A stretch of DNA of 64,000 nucleotides. It comes from Syntrophales bacterium. GTDB lineage: Bacteria; Desulfobacterota; Syntrophia; Syntrophales; UBA2210. The notes under the pieces were generated by a model that saw only the letters and a program-made list of their open reading frames with translations, searched no databases and had not been told where the DNA came from. The DNA is taken from positions 1,152,001-1,216,000 of the forward strand of contig CAXXKT010000001.1 of assembly GCA_963662405.2 (NCBI GenBank), given 5' to 3'. Shown piece by piece: positions 1 to 11,517 of the stretch. Within the stretch, counting starts at the first letter, position 1, and each line of letters starts with the position of its first letter. A program made the translations under genes and the position numbers.

Positions 1-165
1 AAGGAAACCGATCAGTTTCCTTTGATAGTGAACCAAAGATAGGAAGATGCGCAACGATGGTGCCGGGCAAGTCACCACCACCATCGCTGTGCACGTACGT
101 ACGCGAAGGTTCACACCACCATTCGTTACAACGACGGTGTGATTAGAACAGCAACCCTCGCATGG

Positions 166-375
166 TTACGACGACATGCCACCCTTCATCGTCCTCTCGA
201 ATCCAGGCATCTTCTGGGCCGGCCTCAACTTCAGATACACAACTCCCCCCAGGGCAACGAAGAATCCGACGACATTCAGCCATGGAGACCATGCGGTTAC
301 CATCATACAGAATGATACACCAACCAAAATAGTCACAATGGCTGCACCACCCTTAAGATCTCCTCTCATCTTCAT
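166..375 (-). CDS. Small hypothetical membrane protein (69 aa, two hydrophobic segments)
   Basis: ATG at 375 preceded by AAGGAGG; MKMRGDLKGGAAIVTILVGVSFCMMVTAWSPWLNVVGFFVALGGVVYLKL has two TM-like stretches; no family recognised. Confidence 0.55.
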   Translation of the reverse strand: MKMRGDLKGGAAIVTILVGVSFCMMVTAWSPWLNVVGFFVALGGVVYLKLRPAQKMPGFERTMKGGMSS

Positions 376-822
376 GGTGTGTTCCTCCTTTTTGTATTGT
401 TTCCCCCATACAATTCTGTATAGCGAAATATGAAACATACAAGCAAAAACGTTTGAGAATGGTGGAACTATTTCAAATAGAGAAAGAAGAGCAGAGAGTG
501 GCAAATCAAAGGACAACCCGCGCCACCAAACCGACCGAGAGGAGCGTGACCGCAGTAAGAATCGAAATGTAATGGGAGCAAAAACACTTCTTATTTCGAG
601 AAGCTAAACGGTACTGTACGAAGGATCAGTAAAACCACCTTACGGGATTATGCTCTGTTCAAACGTACACACCACCCTTATTACCGAAGATAACCCGATA
701 ATGATACCTTGTCAAGCACTATTAGGCCGCGAATAGCCTGGCACACCCCTTGTTTGCTATGATTTCCGGTCGCTGTTTCCTGTGGGGGCACTGTCGCGAA
801 AAGGGCTGTTTTGCCAGGACCC

Positions 823-1305
823 TCACCGATAGTCATCGTAGACCCTGACGCGGCTGAGAAAAGGTTCAACTATCAGGGTGAAGTGTCCGTCTTCGCGGGC
901 AAGATGCAGGATCGTCGGTTGAGCATACCCTTCCTTGAAAAAGGTTATTTCATATTCCCCCTCTGTTGTTACTTCACCTTTGAAACGACAGATATCTTGC
1001 AGCCGAACCTCGCGTGGGAGGTGGTAGACGTGTTTCCGGATATCCTCTATCCCTTCAGGGGTTGCGTCAGCGGGGTATGCGTAGATGATACGGTTATCAA
1101 GGCTCAAGTGAAGGATGTAATCGACCTGGGTACGGATTGCATCGCTTCTCAGCTCACCGGCCTTATTTACCAGATGATTGACTGTTGATGTCAGGTCATC
1201 ATTGAACAGGGTATCACGGACTTTCGGGACGGCGGCGAGGAGCATCAAGCCGACCAGTAAGACCACAACGGTCAGTTCGACGAGGGTAAATCCTTGATTA
1301 TTCAA
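823..1305 (-). CDS. gspH: Type II secretion minor pseudopilin (GspH-like)
   Basis: Prepilin motif [18 protein letters not shown]; probable TTG start overlapping the gspG stop; follows gspF-gspG. Confidence 0.7.
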   Translation of the reverse strand: MNNQGFTLVELTVVVLLVGLMLLAAVPKVRDTLFNDDLTSTVNHLVNKAGELRSDAIRTQVDYILHLSLDNRIIYAYPADATPEGIEDIRKHVYHLPREVRLQDICRFKGEVTTEGEYEITFFKEGYAQPTILHLAREDGHFTLIVEPFLSRVRVYDDYR

Positions 1306-1732
1306 TGTCCCAGCTCGTAATGTCACGGTCTTTGCCATCACCCCCCAATTCTCCGTCGGCTCCGTACGATATGATATCGTACTCACCCTTCGCTCCGGGG
1401 GAAAGATAGATATAATCGTTGCTCCAGGGGTCGCGCGGGATCTTTCCCTTTTCAAGATATCCCCCCTCCCGCCATCGCTCGGTTGGTTCCCCTACATCCG
1501 GTGGCTCGACGAGCGCCTGCAGGCCCTGTTCGGTGGTAGGGTAAGATCCGTTGTCCAGTTTGTAGAGTTTAAGAGCCGTTTCCAGGCTCTCGATCTGAAT
1601 GCGTGCCTTCGCCTGCCTCGCCTCGTCCGGGCGGCCCATGATTCGCGGGACGATAAGACCTGCAAGGATGCCAAGAATCACGATGACGACCATCAGTTCG
1701 ATCAGGGTGAATCCTTTTTCGGTGTGTTTCAT
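1298..1732 (-). CDS. gspG: Type II secretion major pseudopilin GspG
   Basis: [19 protein letters not shown] methylation site; [18 protein letters not shown] and DPWSNDY motifs typical of GspG. Confidence 0.95.
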   Translation of the reverse strand: MKHTEKGFTLIELMVVIVILGILAGLIVPRIMGRPDEARQAKARIQIESLETALKLYKLDNGSYPTTEQGLQALVEPPDVGEPTERWREGGYLEKGKIPRDPWSNDYIYLSPGAKGEYDIISYGADGELGGDGKDRDITSWDIE

Positions 1733-1765
1733 GGTTGCTTTCTCCTTATCAGGTGTTGACTCTGT

Positions 1766-2995
1766 TTATCGTATCAGTTGGTTCATCTCAAATATGGGCA
1801 ACAGGATTGCAATAACGATAATACCGACGAACAAGCCCATCACGAGGATCATGACCGGCTCCAGCATTGACGTGATAAGCATGATGCCGGACTCGACTTC
1901 CGTCTCATAACTCGCAGCGATCTTTGCGAGCATCTCCTCCAGCGTTCCACTCTGTTCGCCCATGGCGATCATCTGGAGAGAGAAGGGGGGGAAAAGGGTG
2001 CTTCGAGCCAGTGCGGCGGACAGGCTCTGACCTTCTTGTACATTTTGGGCCGCTTCGTCAACTGCGTCCGCCATCAGGTTGTTGGTCACCACATTTTTGG
2101 CTATGGAAAGCGCCGTCATGAGAGGTACGCCGCTTCGAAGGAGCGTGGCGAGGGTCCGACTCAGGCGTGCCATGGCCATCTTATGGATCATCGGACCGAT
2201 CAGGGGCATCCGGATCTTGACCCGATCCCAGAGGTACTGGCCTTTCCGGGTTTTCCGGATTGCGTACCTGACACCGACGTACAAGGCAATACCGGCCAAG
2301 AGGAGCGCCGGCCAGGAAGACTTCAGGAATTCGCTCAAGGTAATCAGGAAAACCGTTATACCGGGGAGGGTCTGGTGCACCTCGTCGAATATGGTGGTGA
2401 TCTTGGGGACAATAAAGGTGGTCAGGAACAAGAGAACAAGGCTGCCGATAAGAAACATAAACAGGGGATAGGCAAGGGCGGCCTTGACTCGTGCCCTGAG
2501 GGCCTGCTGGTTTTCATTGAAATCGGCCAATCGTTCAAGCACGATGTCCAATGTGCCCGATGCTTCGCCCGCTCGGACCATGTTGATGTAAAAGGGGGAA
2601 AACGTTCTCGGATACTGCGAAAAACTCTGGGCGAGGCTGTTCCCCTCGTTAACCCCCTCCTTGATCTGAGCCAGGATCCTTTTTAACTGCGTGTTGACGG
2701 TTTGGGAAAGAATAGCGATCAGGGCGTTGACGAGAGGTATCCCGGAGCCGAGGAGTGTGGCAAGTTGCCTGGTCATGATGGATATATCGCGCTGGCTGAT
2801 CCGTTTGAATAGGGTGTCAACTGCTTTGGCATGCGGTGCGCCCTGTTTTTCTTCGGGAGTCGTTTCCCTCAGGGTAATGAGATACAGGTCGGTTTCTCTC
2901 AACTTTTGTCGTGCCGCCAAGGTGCTCTCGGCATCCACGATTCCCCGCAATCTTTTGCCCTTGCTGCTCAGGGCATCGTATTCATAAACAGGCAT
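1766..2995 (-). CDS. gspF: Type II secretion inner-membrane platform protein GspF
   Basis: RQLATLLGSGIPL, MVRAGEASGTLD, GEQSGTLEEML, LEP motifs; 409 aa; upstream of gspG. Confidence 0.95.
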   Translation of the reverse strand: MPVYEYDALSSKGKRLRGIVDAESTLAARQKLRETDLYLITLRETTPEEKQGAPHAKAVDTLFKRISQRDISIMTRQLATLLGSGIPLVNALIAILSQTVNTQLKRILAQIKEGVNEGNSLAQSFSQYPRTFSPFYINMVRAGEASGTLDIVLERLADFNENQQALRARVKAALAYPLFMFLIGSLVLLFLTTFIVPKITTIFDEVHQTLPGITVFLITLSEFLKSSWPALLLAGIALYVGVRYAIRKTRKGQYLWDRVKIRMPLIGPMIHKMAMARLSRTLATLLRSGVPLMTALSIAKNVVTNNLMADAVDEAAQNVQEGQSLSAALARSTLFPPFSLQMIAMGEQSGTLEEMLAKIAASYETEVESGIMLITSMLEPVMILVMGLFVGIIVIAILLPIFEMNQLIR

Positions 2996-3130
2996 GTGAG
3001 AGTATGGTTCCCGTTATCGTGACGTTATGTATGAAAAACTACAGATTTCCCCTTCTATCATATCGATTGTCGTATTTCAATCACGAGAGGGATGATCGTC
3101 TCTCGTGAGGATTGGGCCGCTGCGGTTCCG

Positions 3131-3172
3131 AAAAAGAAGAGGGGCACCTCTCTTCAGAGAGTGCCCCTCTTC
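3131..3172 (-). terminator. Rho-independent terminator downstream of cold-shock gene
   Basis: Stem GAAGAGGGGCAC/GTGCCCCTCTTC followed on the minus strand by a T-run (AAAAA at 3131-3135). Confidence 0.8.
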
Positions 3173-3189
3173 ATCGCATGATATCTTCT

Positions 3190-3393
3190 TTACAGAGGAA
3201 CCACGTTTGTTGCCGATAGTCCTTTCGCGCCGTCTTCGACATCAAAGCTGACGCGTTGTCCCTCATGTAAGGTCTTGAATCCATCTCCCCGTATTGCGCT
3301 GAAGTGGACAAAGACATCATCCCCGCCGTCGTTGTTTTCGATAAAGCCAAACCCCTTTTTCTCATTAAACCACTTTACTGTACCTTCTGCCAC
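3190..3393 (-). CDS. cspA: Cold-shock domain protein
   Basis: [15 protein letters not shown] and [12 protein letters not shown] motifs; 67 aa. Confidence 0.95.
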   Translation of the reverse strand: MAEGTVKWFNEKKGFGFIENNDGGDDVFVHFSAIRGDGFKTLHEGQRVSFDVEDGAKGLSATNVVPL

Positions 3394-3513
3394 TTCCTCT
3401 ACCCCCTCTCATTTCTAATGATACTCAACAGGCTACCCCCTGCCGATCCCCTACGCACTTATTATTGTTGTTCCTTCAAGTCAAGAACTTTTCTGTAAAA
3501 ACGACAGGTGAGG

Positions 3514-4572
3514 CTACAATTCGCCTCGCAATTGGGCAAATTCCCTGAGCAATTTCTCCTCTTTTCTGCTCAGGCTTGTCGGCATCTCAATCATGGCTTG
3601 AACCAGTTGGTCCCCCCTCCCGAACCCCCGAACATGGGGTATTCCTTTTCCTTTCAGTTTAAAAATCTTTCCGTGAGGGGTGTGTTTGGGTATCTTGATC
3701 CGTTCCGTGCCTTCCAATGTGGAGACCTCAATATTTCCGCCGAGGATCGCCCGAGTCATGGGGATGGTCACGCGACAGACAATATCGTTTCCATCCCTCT
3801 CGAAGAAATCATGAGGTTCAATATACAGAAAGACATACAAGTCTCCCCGAGGACCTCCGAAAGTCCCCTCTTCTCCCTCGCCGCGGAGTCTCAACCGTGA
3901 TCCGGTCTCCACCCCGGGTGGTATCTTCAATTGGATGTTTTTGTTCAGTTTGACTTTCCCGGTCCCGCGGCACGCCTTGCAGGGATCCTCAATGACTTGA
4001 CCGGCTCCGTGGCACTGGGGACAGGTGGAACTGACACTGAAAAAGCCGCTTGATTTGGTTACCTGTCCCGAGCCCCGGCACGTCGGGCATACCGATGGTT
4101 GTGTCCCGGGTGTGGCACCCGTACCCCCGCATGTTGTACACCCTTCGAATCGCTCAATCTCTATCTCCGGAGATGCCCCGAAGGCCGCATCCATGAAGGA
4201 AATTTTCAGGTCGTACCGAAGGTCGGCTCCGGGCCGGGGTGCCCTTCGTGATTGCCCCCTGCCGGTTTCAAATCCGAAAATCCCTTCGAAGATATCACCA
4301 AAGCTCGAAAAAATGTCCTCGAATCCTGAAAACCCTTGGAAACCGTTTCCCCGCAAACCTTCCTGGCCGTATCGATCATAGATTTCTCTTTTCCTCGTAT
4401 CGGACAAGACTTCGTATGCCTCGGCCGCCTCTTTGAATTTTTCCTCGGCCGCCTTATCCCCCGGATTTCGGTCCGGGTGGTATTTCATGGCCATCTTGCG
4501 GTAAGAGGCCTTGAGCTCGTCGGGTGAGGCATTTCGGTCTACACCAAGGGTTGCATAGTAATCATTCTTCAT
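3514..4572 (-). CDS. dnaJ: Chaperone DnaJ
   Basis: J-domain HPD, G/F region, four CxxCxGxG zinc-finger repeats. Confidence 0.95.
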   Translation of the reverse strand: MKNDYYATLGVDRNASPDELKASYRKMAMKYHPDRNPGDKAAEEKFKEAAEAYEVLSDTRKREIYDRYGQEGLRGNGFQGFSGFEDIFSSFGDIFEGIFGFETGRGQSRRAPRPGADLRYDLKISFMDAAFGASPEIEIERFEGCTTCGGTGATPGTQPSVCPTCRGSGQVTKSSGFFSVSSTCPQCHGAGQVIEDPCKACRGTGKVKLNKNIQLKIPPGVETGSRLRLRGEGEEGTFGGPRGDLYVFLYIEPHDFFERDGNDIVCRVTIPMTRAILGGNIEVSTLEGTERIKIPKHTPHGKIFKLKGKGIPHVRGFGRGDQLVQAMIEMPTSLSRKEEKLLREFAQLRGEL

Positions 4573-4703
4573 GGATCTACTGTATGGATTCCCGTTCGAT
4601 AGGAAAATTTACTGTTCGCACGGACCTGTGATGGAATATACGAACGGCAGATGTAAAATAGTAACTGTCCGGCACCATGTCAAGAGGAGTTCCGGGAAAA
4701 GTC

Positions 4704-5588
4704 TTAGCCGACAATACGCCGGAGGGCTTCTTGGTATTTTGCCGCCGTCCCCGCGATGACATCCGTGGGGAGAGGGGGGGCGGGAGGTTTCCTGTCCCAG
4801 GACAGGGAGAGGAGATAGTCTCTCAGAAACTGTTTGTCGAAGCTTTTCTGTGAGCGTCCTTCCTCGAAGTCGTCATCAGGCCAGAATCGTGACGAGTCGG
4901 GCGTAAGGAGTTCATCGATCAGGATCAGTTCACCGTCCACGGTGCCGAATTCCATCTTGGTATCGGCAATGATGATGCCTCCCTTCGCGGCAATATCTCG
5001 TGCTCGTGCATAGATCCTCATGCTGATATCGATGACCCGCTCCGTCATCTCACGGCCGATCAGGTCCTCCATCTCAGCTCGTGTCATGGGGGCATCATGT
5101 TCCCCCGCCTCGGCCTTGGTCGAGGGAGTGAAGATGGGTTCCGCCAGTCGCGCCGATTCTTTCAACCCGGCGGGGAGGCTCACCCCGGAGACGCTCCCCT
5201 CTGTGCAGTAATCCTTCCACCCCGACCCGCTGAGATAGCCTCGGACCACGCACTCCACCGGAAGGGCGGTCGCTTTCTTGACCAGCATGCTCCTTCCCTC
5301 CAGTATCTTCGCATACGGGGCACAGGCTGCGGGGAACGCGTTCACGTCGGTGGTGATCAGGTGATTCGTGATGACATCCTCCATCTTGCGGAACCAGAAG
5401 ACGGACATCTGCGTCAGGATTTTCCCCTTCCCAGGGATGGCATCTCCCATAATGACATCAAAGGCGGATATCCTGTCCGTTGTTACAATGAGGAGGCGGT
5501 TTTCCACTTCATAGACGTCCCGGACCTTTCCCCTGCTGAAGAATGGCAATCCATCAAGATTCGTTGTGGTCACGGCATAATTTTCCAT
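4704..5588 (-). CDS. purC: SAICAR synthetase
   Basis: [46 protein letters not shown]; start re-set to MENYAV. Confidence 0.95.
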   Translation of the reverse strand: MENYAVTTTNLDGLPFFSRGKVRDVYEVENRLLIVTTDRISAFDVIMGDAIPGKGKILTQMSVFWFRKMEDVITNHLITTDVNAFPAACAPYAKILEGRSMLVKKATALPVECVVRGYLSGSGWKDYCTEGSVSGVSLPAGLKESARLAEPIFTPSTKAEAGEHDAPMTRAEMEDLIGREMTERVIDISMRIYARARDIAAKGGIIIADTKMEFGTVDGELILIDELLTPDSSRFWPDDDFEEGRSQKSFDKQFLRDYLLSLSWDRKPPAPPLPTDVIAGTAAKYQEALRRIVG

Positions 5589-5599
5589 GGTTTCCCCTC

Positions 5600-6229
5600 T
5601 TATCTCAGAAACGGGTTGTTGACCCGTTCGTTGTGTATAGTGGATGTGGGTGTCCTCCCGTAGTTGTGCCCCGGCAGGACAACGGTATCGTCGGGGAGGG
5701 TCAGGAGCCGCTGTGTTATCGAGGCGTGCATGACTTCCCACGATGCACCGGGAAGATCCGTCCTTCCCAGGCCTTCGACAAAGAGGGTATCGCCGGTGAA
5801 GACATACCCGGGGGTATAGAGCGCCATTCCGCCGGGGGAATGACCGGGCGTGTGTATGACGTCTAACCCCACGGAACCGACCGTAATACGATCACCGTCC
5901 ACGACGGTTCGGTCCGCCGGGGGAGATGCCTTGCCCCCGAACATGCGCAGCATCATGGGTGGCGTGGAGAGAAGCATATCGGCATCATCGCGGTGGATGA
6001 TGAGTTCCGCCCCCGTCCGCTCTTTCATGTCGGCGTTCCCGGAGGTATGGTCAACATGGCCGTGGGTATTGACGATATATTTGATGGTGAGCCCGGCAGC
6101 GTCTGCCTCCGACAGGATACGATCGGTATCCGCGGCGGGATCGATCACCAATCCCTCTCCCGCTGCCTGGTCACCCACGATATAGGCGAATACCGCCATA
6201 TGTCCCACCTGCATCTGTTTGACAACCAT
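5600..6229 (-). CDS. Metallo-beta-lactamase-fold hydrolase (glyoxalase II-like)
   Basis: [25 protein letters not shown] motifs. Confidence 0.9.
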   Translation of the reverse strand: MVVKQMQVGHMAVFAYIVGDQAAGEGLVIDPAADTDRILSEADAAGLTIKYIVNTHGHVDHTSGNADMKERTGAELIIHRDDADMLLSTPPMMLRMFGGKASPPADRTVVDGDRITVGSVGLDVIHTPGHSPGGMALYTPGYVFTGDTLFVEGLGRTDLPGASWEVMHASITQRLLTLPDDTVVLPGHNYGRTPTSTIHNERVNNPFLR

Positions 6230-6359
6230 GTGGAGCGATTCCTCCCGATCCTTCGACTAAAGGGTTTTGCTATATGCTTTTTGATATAAAGTCAATCTTT
6301 TTCAGGCATTCGTTCGTCGGCGGTCGCAAGGTCCCGACGAAAAGAGATTTCTTTTTTCA

Positions 6360-6959
6360 TCATTCACCCGATTCCCGGGCAAGCTCTCCCCGCAGGTCGA
6401 TTTCGTCGGCCACCTCCCGCATGCCGTTGATCGTGTCTTCGATCAGTTCGCCGATCTCGACACCCAGCATATCGGCACCTTTTTGAATGATCGACCGGTC
6501 TACACCCGCCGCGAATGCAGGAGATTTCCATTTCTTCTTGACCGATTTTACGCTCATGTCCATGACGCTCCGCGAGGGACGCACCATGGCGTTGGCCGTG
6601 ACGAGACCCGTCAGCTCGTCGATGGCGTACAGCGTCTTTTCCAGGGTGCTTTTCGGTTCCACATCCGAGCAGATTCCCCATCCGTGGGACACAACGGCGC
6701 GGATGTATGTCTCCGGCCAGCCGTTTTCCTCCAGAATCTTCCGGGTCATGGTGCAGTGCTGATCGGGAAACTGCTCGTAGTCCAGGTCGTGGACGAGGCC
6801 GATGATCCCCCATTCCTCTTCGTCTTCGCCCCTTTTACGCGCGCAGTGCCGCATGACCCCCTCCACGGCATAGGCGTGCTTGAGCAGGCTGTCGCTCTTG
6901 TTGTACTGGCGCAAAAGCGTAAGGGCATCCTCGCGGGTTGGCCTATATCCTGTTGTCAT
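6360..6959 (-). CDS. HD/HDIG-domain metal-dependent phosphohydrolase
   Basis: KH...GLVHDLDYE HD motif; SH; DELTG. Confidence 0.85.
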   Translation of the reverse strand: MTTGYRPTREDALTLLRQYNKSDSLLKHAYAVEGVMRHCARKRGEDEEEWGIIGLVHDLDYEQFPDQHCTMTRKILEENGWPETYIRAVVSHGWGICSDVEPKSTLEKTLYAIDELTGLVTANAMVRPSRSVMDMSVKSVKKKWKSPAFAAGVDRSIIQKGADMLGVEIGELIEDTINGMREVADEIDLRGELARESGE

Positions 6960-8311
6960 TTTCTATTTTCCTCCTTCTTCCGGAACACGGCCCCGAAAAA
7001 CCCGTCCGTTCCGTGACGGTGAGGATATGTCCTGAAAAGCCCCCGTTCGTCCAACAGCGCGGCCGGGAAGGTCGCGGGGCGATAAAGCTCAAAGCCACCG
7101 TTATCATGCAGAAATTCTTCGACAACCGCCTCGTTCTCCGCCGGATCAATCGTGCAGGTACTGTACACCATCAATCCTCCCTTTTTCAAGTAAGCGGCCG
7201 AACGTTCCAGGATCTCGCGCTGGAGGGGTGGGAACAGCCGAAGATCCTCTGGAGAGGTGTTCCATTTGATCTCGGGGTTTCTCCGAACCGTTCCCAGTCC
7301 TGAACAAGGAACGTCTACGAGAACTCGGTCGAACCGTTCGCACAGTTCCCCCGGCGGGGCCTGAGTCGCGTCGTGAACAATCGGCTCGATGATCGTTGCT
7401 CCCAGCCTGCGGGAGAGGTCTTGGGAGGATTCGATCTTGTTACGGTTGATGTCCATGGCAACGATCCGCCCCGTATTATGCATCAGGTGGGCGAGGTGTG
7501 TTGTTTTGATCCCATCGCCGGCGCAGACATCCAACACCGTTTCCCCCGGCCTTGGGTCCATCAGTGAGCCGATCAACTGGGAGGCCTCGTCCTGGATCTG
7601 CATGGTGCCCTCTTTGCGCCAGACCGCCTCACCAATGGGGGTGGGAAGTCCGGAGATGATCAGACCGTCGGGTGCGTAAAACGTCGGGGTCGCCGTGCAG
7701 CCCGACTCTTCGAGTCGTGCGATCAGGTCGGTCCTGGTGATCTTCAGGCGGTTGACTCGAACCGTCAGGGGAGGGATTTCGTTGTTGATCTCGCACAGCA
7801 CGCGCGCCTCTTCGATACCGATCGCATCCGCCCACAACCGGACCAGCCAGAGGGGGTGTGAGTGGAATGTCGAGATATGGGAAAGAGGATCGTCGTTAAA
7901 GGACGGATATCTAATTGTATCCATGCGCCGAGCGGCATTGCGCAAGACGGCATTGACTAGATTCGACCGTCCGGGATAGCGCCTCTTGGTCATCTCGACG
8001 GCCTCGTTTGTAGCTGCATAAGCGGGCACTCTGTCTGTTCGCATCAGTTGATAGAGTGCCACCCTCAGGATGTTGCGTATCCCCGGTTCCATTTGATCGA
8101 AGGCACCGGTGTATACGGTACGAATGATCCAGTCAAGGCGACCACGAAAGCGAAGCGTACCGTAGACCAGCCGTGTCAAGAGGCTGCGGTCCTGTGCGGC
8201 AGAGGGGATGCCGGCTGAAAGGTATGCGTCCAGGAGAGGCTGTGCAAAGGCCCCCTTCTCGACCCTGTCGAGGATCCGGACTGCCAGGGCACGGGGGGCG
8301 GCAGGCTTCAT
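6956..8311 (-). CDS. rsmB: 16S rRNA m5C967 methyltransferase RsmB
   Basis: N-terminal NusB-like domain, IQDEASQL, VLVDVPCSGLG, VYSTCT; follows fmt; start uncertain (8311 or 8341). Confidence 0.93.
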   Translation of the reverse strand: MKPAAPRALAVRILDRVEKGAFAQPLLDAYLSAGIPSAAQDRSLLTRLVYGTLRFRGRLDWIIRTVYTGAFDQMEPGIRNILRVALYQLMRTDRVPAYAATNEAVEMTKRRYPGRSNLVNAVLRNAARRMDTIRYPSFNDDPLSHISTFHSHPLWLVRLWADAIGIEEARVLCEINNEIPPLTVRVNRLKITRTDLIARLEESGCTATPTFYAPDGLIISGLPTPIGEAVWRKEGTMQIQDEASQLIGSLMDPRPGETVLDVCAGDGIKTTHLAHLMHNTGRIVAMDINRNKIESSQDLSRRLGATIIEPIVHDATQAPPGELCERFDRVLVDVPCSGLGTVRRNPEIKWNTSPEDLRLFPPLQREILERSAAYLKKGGLMVYSTCTIDPAENEAVVEEFLHDNGGFELYRPATFPAALLDERGLFRTYPHRHGTDGFFGAVFRKKEENRK

Positions 8312-8324
8312 CTCGTCGGTTCTT

Positions 8325-9266
8325 CTACTCGAGGATGTCATCCGTCGCCAGAGGGTGTCCTCTCAGAAAATCGTCGATGGACATCCGCCTCTTTCCCTCG
8401 ATCTGGACGTCCTGTAGGTAGACATGGCCGTCCCTGGTAGCCACCTGAAGCCCGGCTTCCATCAGTTTCCCCAGTTGTCCGGGTTCCTTTTCACCCGATG
8501 ATTTTTCCTTGCCCGGGACGGCGTAGAGTATCTTGAGCTTCTTGTCCCGAAAGAAGGAGTATGCCCCCGGTTGGGAAGAAAGTCCCCTGATGAGATCGAC
8601 GATTTTTCCCGGTTCGTTGTTCCAATCGATATGCCCCGCCCCTCGTTCGAGTCGAGGTGCCGCGGTGGCGAGGGACGCATCCTGCGGGACCCGCGTGATC
8701 GTCCCGTCCACAACACCGCGGACAGCCTTGACGAGAAGCTTGGTTCCCAGGGTGCACAGCGTATCGTGCAGATCGTCAAAGGTGTCATCAGGCGCAATGG
8801 AAGCCTCTTCTTGAAGCAGAATATCCCCCGAATCGACTCCTTCATCCATCAGCATGATGGTGACCCCCGTCTTCGTGTCTCCGTTGATCAGTGCCCAGTT
8901 GATCGGGGCCGCACCCCGGTACCGGGGAAGGAGGGAGGGGTGTACGTTAAGACAGCCGAAACAGGGCTGTTCAATGATAGCCCGCGGCAAGATCTGTCCG
9001 AATGCGACCAGCACCACCATGTCGGGAGCGATCGTTCTGAAGGTATCCAGGAACTCCTCATCCCGGACACGGTCAGGCTGATAGATCGGTAGCCCCAGTT
9101 CCAGCGCGCAGGTCTTGACCGGTGAAGGAATTGCTTTTCGGCCCCTTCCCTTCGGTTTGTCCGGCTGGGTAACGACTCCCACGATCAAATTGCCTTCCCC
9201 TACCAGGGCCTGCAGTGGGGGGACGGCGAATTCCGGGGTCCCCATAAACAGAATTTTTGGTTTCAT
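8325..9266 (-). CDS. fmt: Methionyl-tRNA formyltransferase
   Basis: FMGTPEFA, VTQPDKPKGRG, NVHPSLLPRYRGAAPI. Confidence 0.97.
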   Translation of the reverse strand: MKPKILFMGTPEFAVPPLQALVGEGNLIVGVVTQPDKPKGRGRKAIPSPVKTCALELGLPIYQPDRVRDEEFLDTFRTIAPDMVVLVAFGQILPRAIIEQPCFGCLNVHPSLLPRYRGAAPINWALINGDTKTGVTIMLMDEGVDSGDILLQEEASIAPDDTFDDLHDTLCTLGTKLLVKAVRGVVDGTITRVPQDASLATAAPRLERGAGHIDWNNEPGKIVDLIRGLSSQPGAYSFFRDKKLKILYAVPGKEKSSGEKEPGQLGKLMEAGLQVATRDGHVYLQDVQIEGKRRMSIDDFLRGHPLATDDILE

Positions 9267-9446
9267 GGCAGTCTCCTTCCTTCGGATGGAGTTATACCCT
9301 TTTGTTGAGCATTAATCAATCCGATCTCCTGGGGCAGAGATTTCTTCCCGGTCGTCAATGCCATTTTATATTTGACCTCAGGTGTAGTTTCCAATAAAGT
9401 ATATTTGTTATCTTCGTGTTTTTAAATCTTGTAGTGGTTTGTTGTT

Positions 9447-11210
9447 ATGTCTCAGCGTGGAGAAATCGCAAAAGGATTTTCATCACATTCGTCAATCCCC
9501 TTTCAGGCGCTCCTCGACTCCGCTTATTTTGGAATTATCGCAGTTGATTCAGAAGGATACCTCGTATATATCAATGAAGTGGCCATATCATTGTTGGAAT
9601 TTCATGAGGATATTCAGGCCCGTCCCATTCACTATTCCGAGATTAATTATGATCGCTGGCTCGACTTTAAAAGGGTTATCGAGACGCGAGAACCCCAGAC
9701 AACAGTACCTGTCGTAGCGGGTACGTATTCGCTTCTGGCCAACAGGACCCCCATTATATGGAAAGGGAAGCTGGTAGGGGTCATGAGCGTGTTTCACGAC
9801 AGGGAAGAATACGAAAAGATATCACAATACCTGTCCCGATATAAAGCGATAGTCCGAGAGGTTGAGGCAATCATAAGCTCTTCATATGATGGGATATATG
9901 TGACCGATGGTGAGGCTAATACGATACGGGTAAACAGGGCGTACGAAGACATCACCGGCATCAAGGCCCAGGAGGTTCTGGGGCGCAATATGCGGGACCT
10001 TGTAGATGAGGGGTATTTCAGCGAGAGCGTTACACTGAAAGTCTTGGAGGAGGGAACGACGGTAACCCTCTCGCAGGAGTTGAAGACAGGGAAACATGTG
10101 CTGGTAACCGGCAATCCTTTTTTTGATGATGAAGGCGCGGTCAAGATGGTTGTGACCAATGTCCGGGATATGACCGATCTGGATAGGTTAAATCAACGGC
10201 TTGAGGAATCCCTGGAAATGACCAGGGTCTATAGGGATAAACTCCAGGAACTGCAGCTGTCGTCATACAAAGACAGTGAAATCATACGGGCATCCAAGGC
10301 GATGAGCTCCGTGTATGACCTGGTGGAGCGTGTTTGCAGAACGGATGCCACCATACTTTTCGAAGGAGAGACGGGTGTGGGGAAGGACCGGATCGCCGAA
10401 GAGATACATGCCAAGTCGAACCGTGCCGAAAAGGGAATTTTTGTAAAGATCAATTGCGGGGCAATCCCCGAGACGCTTCTGGAGAGCGAGCTGTTTGGAT
10501 ACGAAAAGGGGGCATTCACGGGAGCCAGCAGAGAGGGGAAACCCGGACTGTTCGAAGTGGCAGACAAAGGGACCCTTTTTCTAGATGAAGTAGAATCAAT
10601 GCCGGTTTCTCTCCAAGGAAAGTTGCTCAGAGTACTCCAGGATTTTGAAATAACACGAGTGGGGGGAACTGTGCCGAGAAAGGTGGATGTGCGATTGATA
10701 TGCGCTTCCAATCAAGACTTGGAGGAACTGGTGCAACAAAAGAAATTTCGTTCGGATCTCTATTATCGCCTGCATGTCATCCCTGTCTATATCCCCCCCC
10801 TGCGCGAGAGGACCGAAGATATCCCTTACCTGATAAGTCTTTTTCTTAATCGTTTCAATGAGAAATATGCCAAAAAGAAGGTCTTCAGCCGTGGGGCTAT
10901 CAATGCATTGATCAAATACACATGGCCTGGCAATGTGAGAGAAATGGTCAACCTGATAGAACGACTTGTCGTCATTACCGCCGGCAATTGTATTGATGTC
11001 AACGATCTCCCAACCGAGATTCATCGGATGCCCTTATATGACACCTCACACCACGAAGAAACACTCAAAGAACATTTGCACCGTATAGAGGTGTCCTTTA
11101 TCCGTAACGCAATCGATAAATATGGCAATGCCAGGAGGGCGGCGCCGCATCTTGGGGTAGATCCTTCGACCCTGACTCGAAAACTCAAAAAGCAAGATGA
11201 TGCGACATAG
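9447..11210 (+). CDS. Sigma-54-dependent activator (2x PAS - AAA+ - HTH)
   Basis: GETGVGK Walker A, ESELFGYEKGAFTGA, LFLDEV, WPGNVRE, C-terminal HTH; N-terminal PAS repeats. Confidence 0.93.
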   Translation: MSQRGEIAKGFSSHSSIPFQALLDSAYFGIIAVDSEGYLVYINEVAISLLEFHEDIQARPIHYSEINYDRWLDFKRVIETREPQTTVPVVAGTYSLLANRTPIIWKGKLVGVMSVFHDREEYEKISQYLSRYKAIVREVEAIISSSYDGIYVTDGEANTIRVNRAYEDITGIKAQEVLGRNMRDLVDEGYFSESVTLKVLEEGTTVTLSQELKTGKHVLVTGNPFFDDEGAVKMVVTNVRDMTDLDRLNQRLEESLEMTRVYRDKLQELQLSSYKDSEIIRASKAMSSVYDLVERVCRTDATILFEGETGVGKDRIAEEIHAKSNRAEKGIFVKINCGAIPETLLESELFGYEKGAFTGASREGKPGLFEVADKGTLFLDEVESMPVSLQGKLLRVLQDFEITRVGGTVPRKVDVRLICASNQDLEELVQQKKFRSDLYYRLHVIPVYIPPLRERTEDIPYLISLFLNRFNEKYAKKKVFSRGAINALIKYTWPGNVREMVNLIERLVVITAGNCIDVNDLPTEIHRMPLYDTSHHEETLKEHLHRIEVSFIRNAIDKYGNARRAAPHLGVDPSTLTRKLKKQDDAT

Positions 11211-11501
11211 CATCATCTTGCTGTCTATTTCTTTATCCGTTTATTCCTAGAAATTCAATCTATTAAGCTAGCATCAATTGACGCGCAATCCCAAACAGTG
11301 CATTTTGGCATTATTTTGATGAAGGCACGAATCAGTTCTGATTTTAGATGGATATGATTTCTTGCTGCTGAAATAATGCACTCAGGAATTACTTCTGCAG
11401 CAAAGGAGATGCTTGAACGAGCCGTCTCTGATTCAATATTCAGCGTGCAAATACTCGGAATTAAAGAACGTTAAAACGGGGAAAAACTCATATCGGGATG
11501 A

Positions 11502-11517
11502 TGGTACGAAAATTGTA
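11502..11517 (+). promoter_or_regulatory. Candidate sigma-54 (-24/-12) promoter of the abfD operon
   Basis: TGGTACG-AAAA-TTGTA: correct GG-N10 spacing but GT rather than GC at -12; downstream of a sigma-54 activator gene. Confidence 0.45.

Noticed and set aside
739..753. TGGCACA-CCCC-TTGT sigma-54-like site
   Set aside because: Imperfect -12 and it points antisense into gspH with no plus-strand gene to serve.
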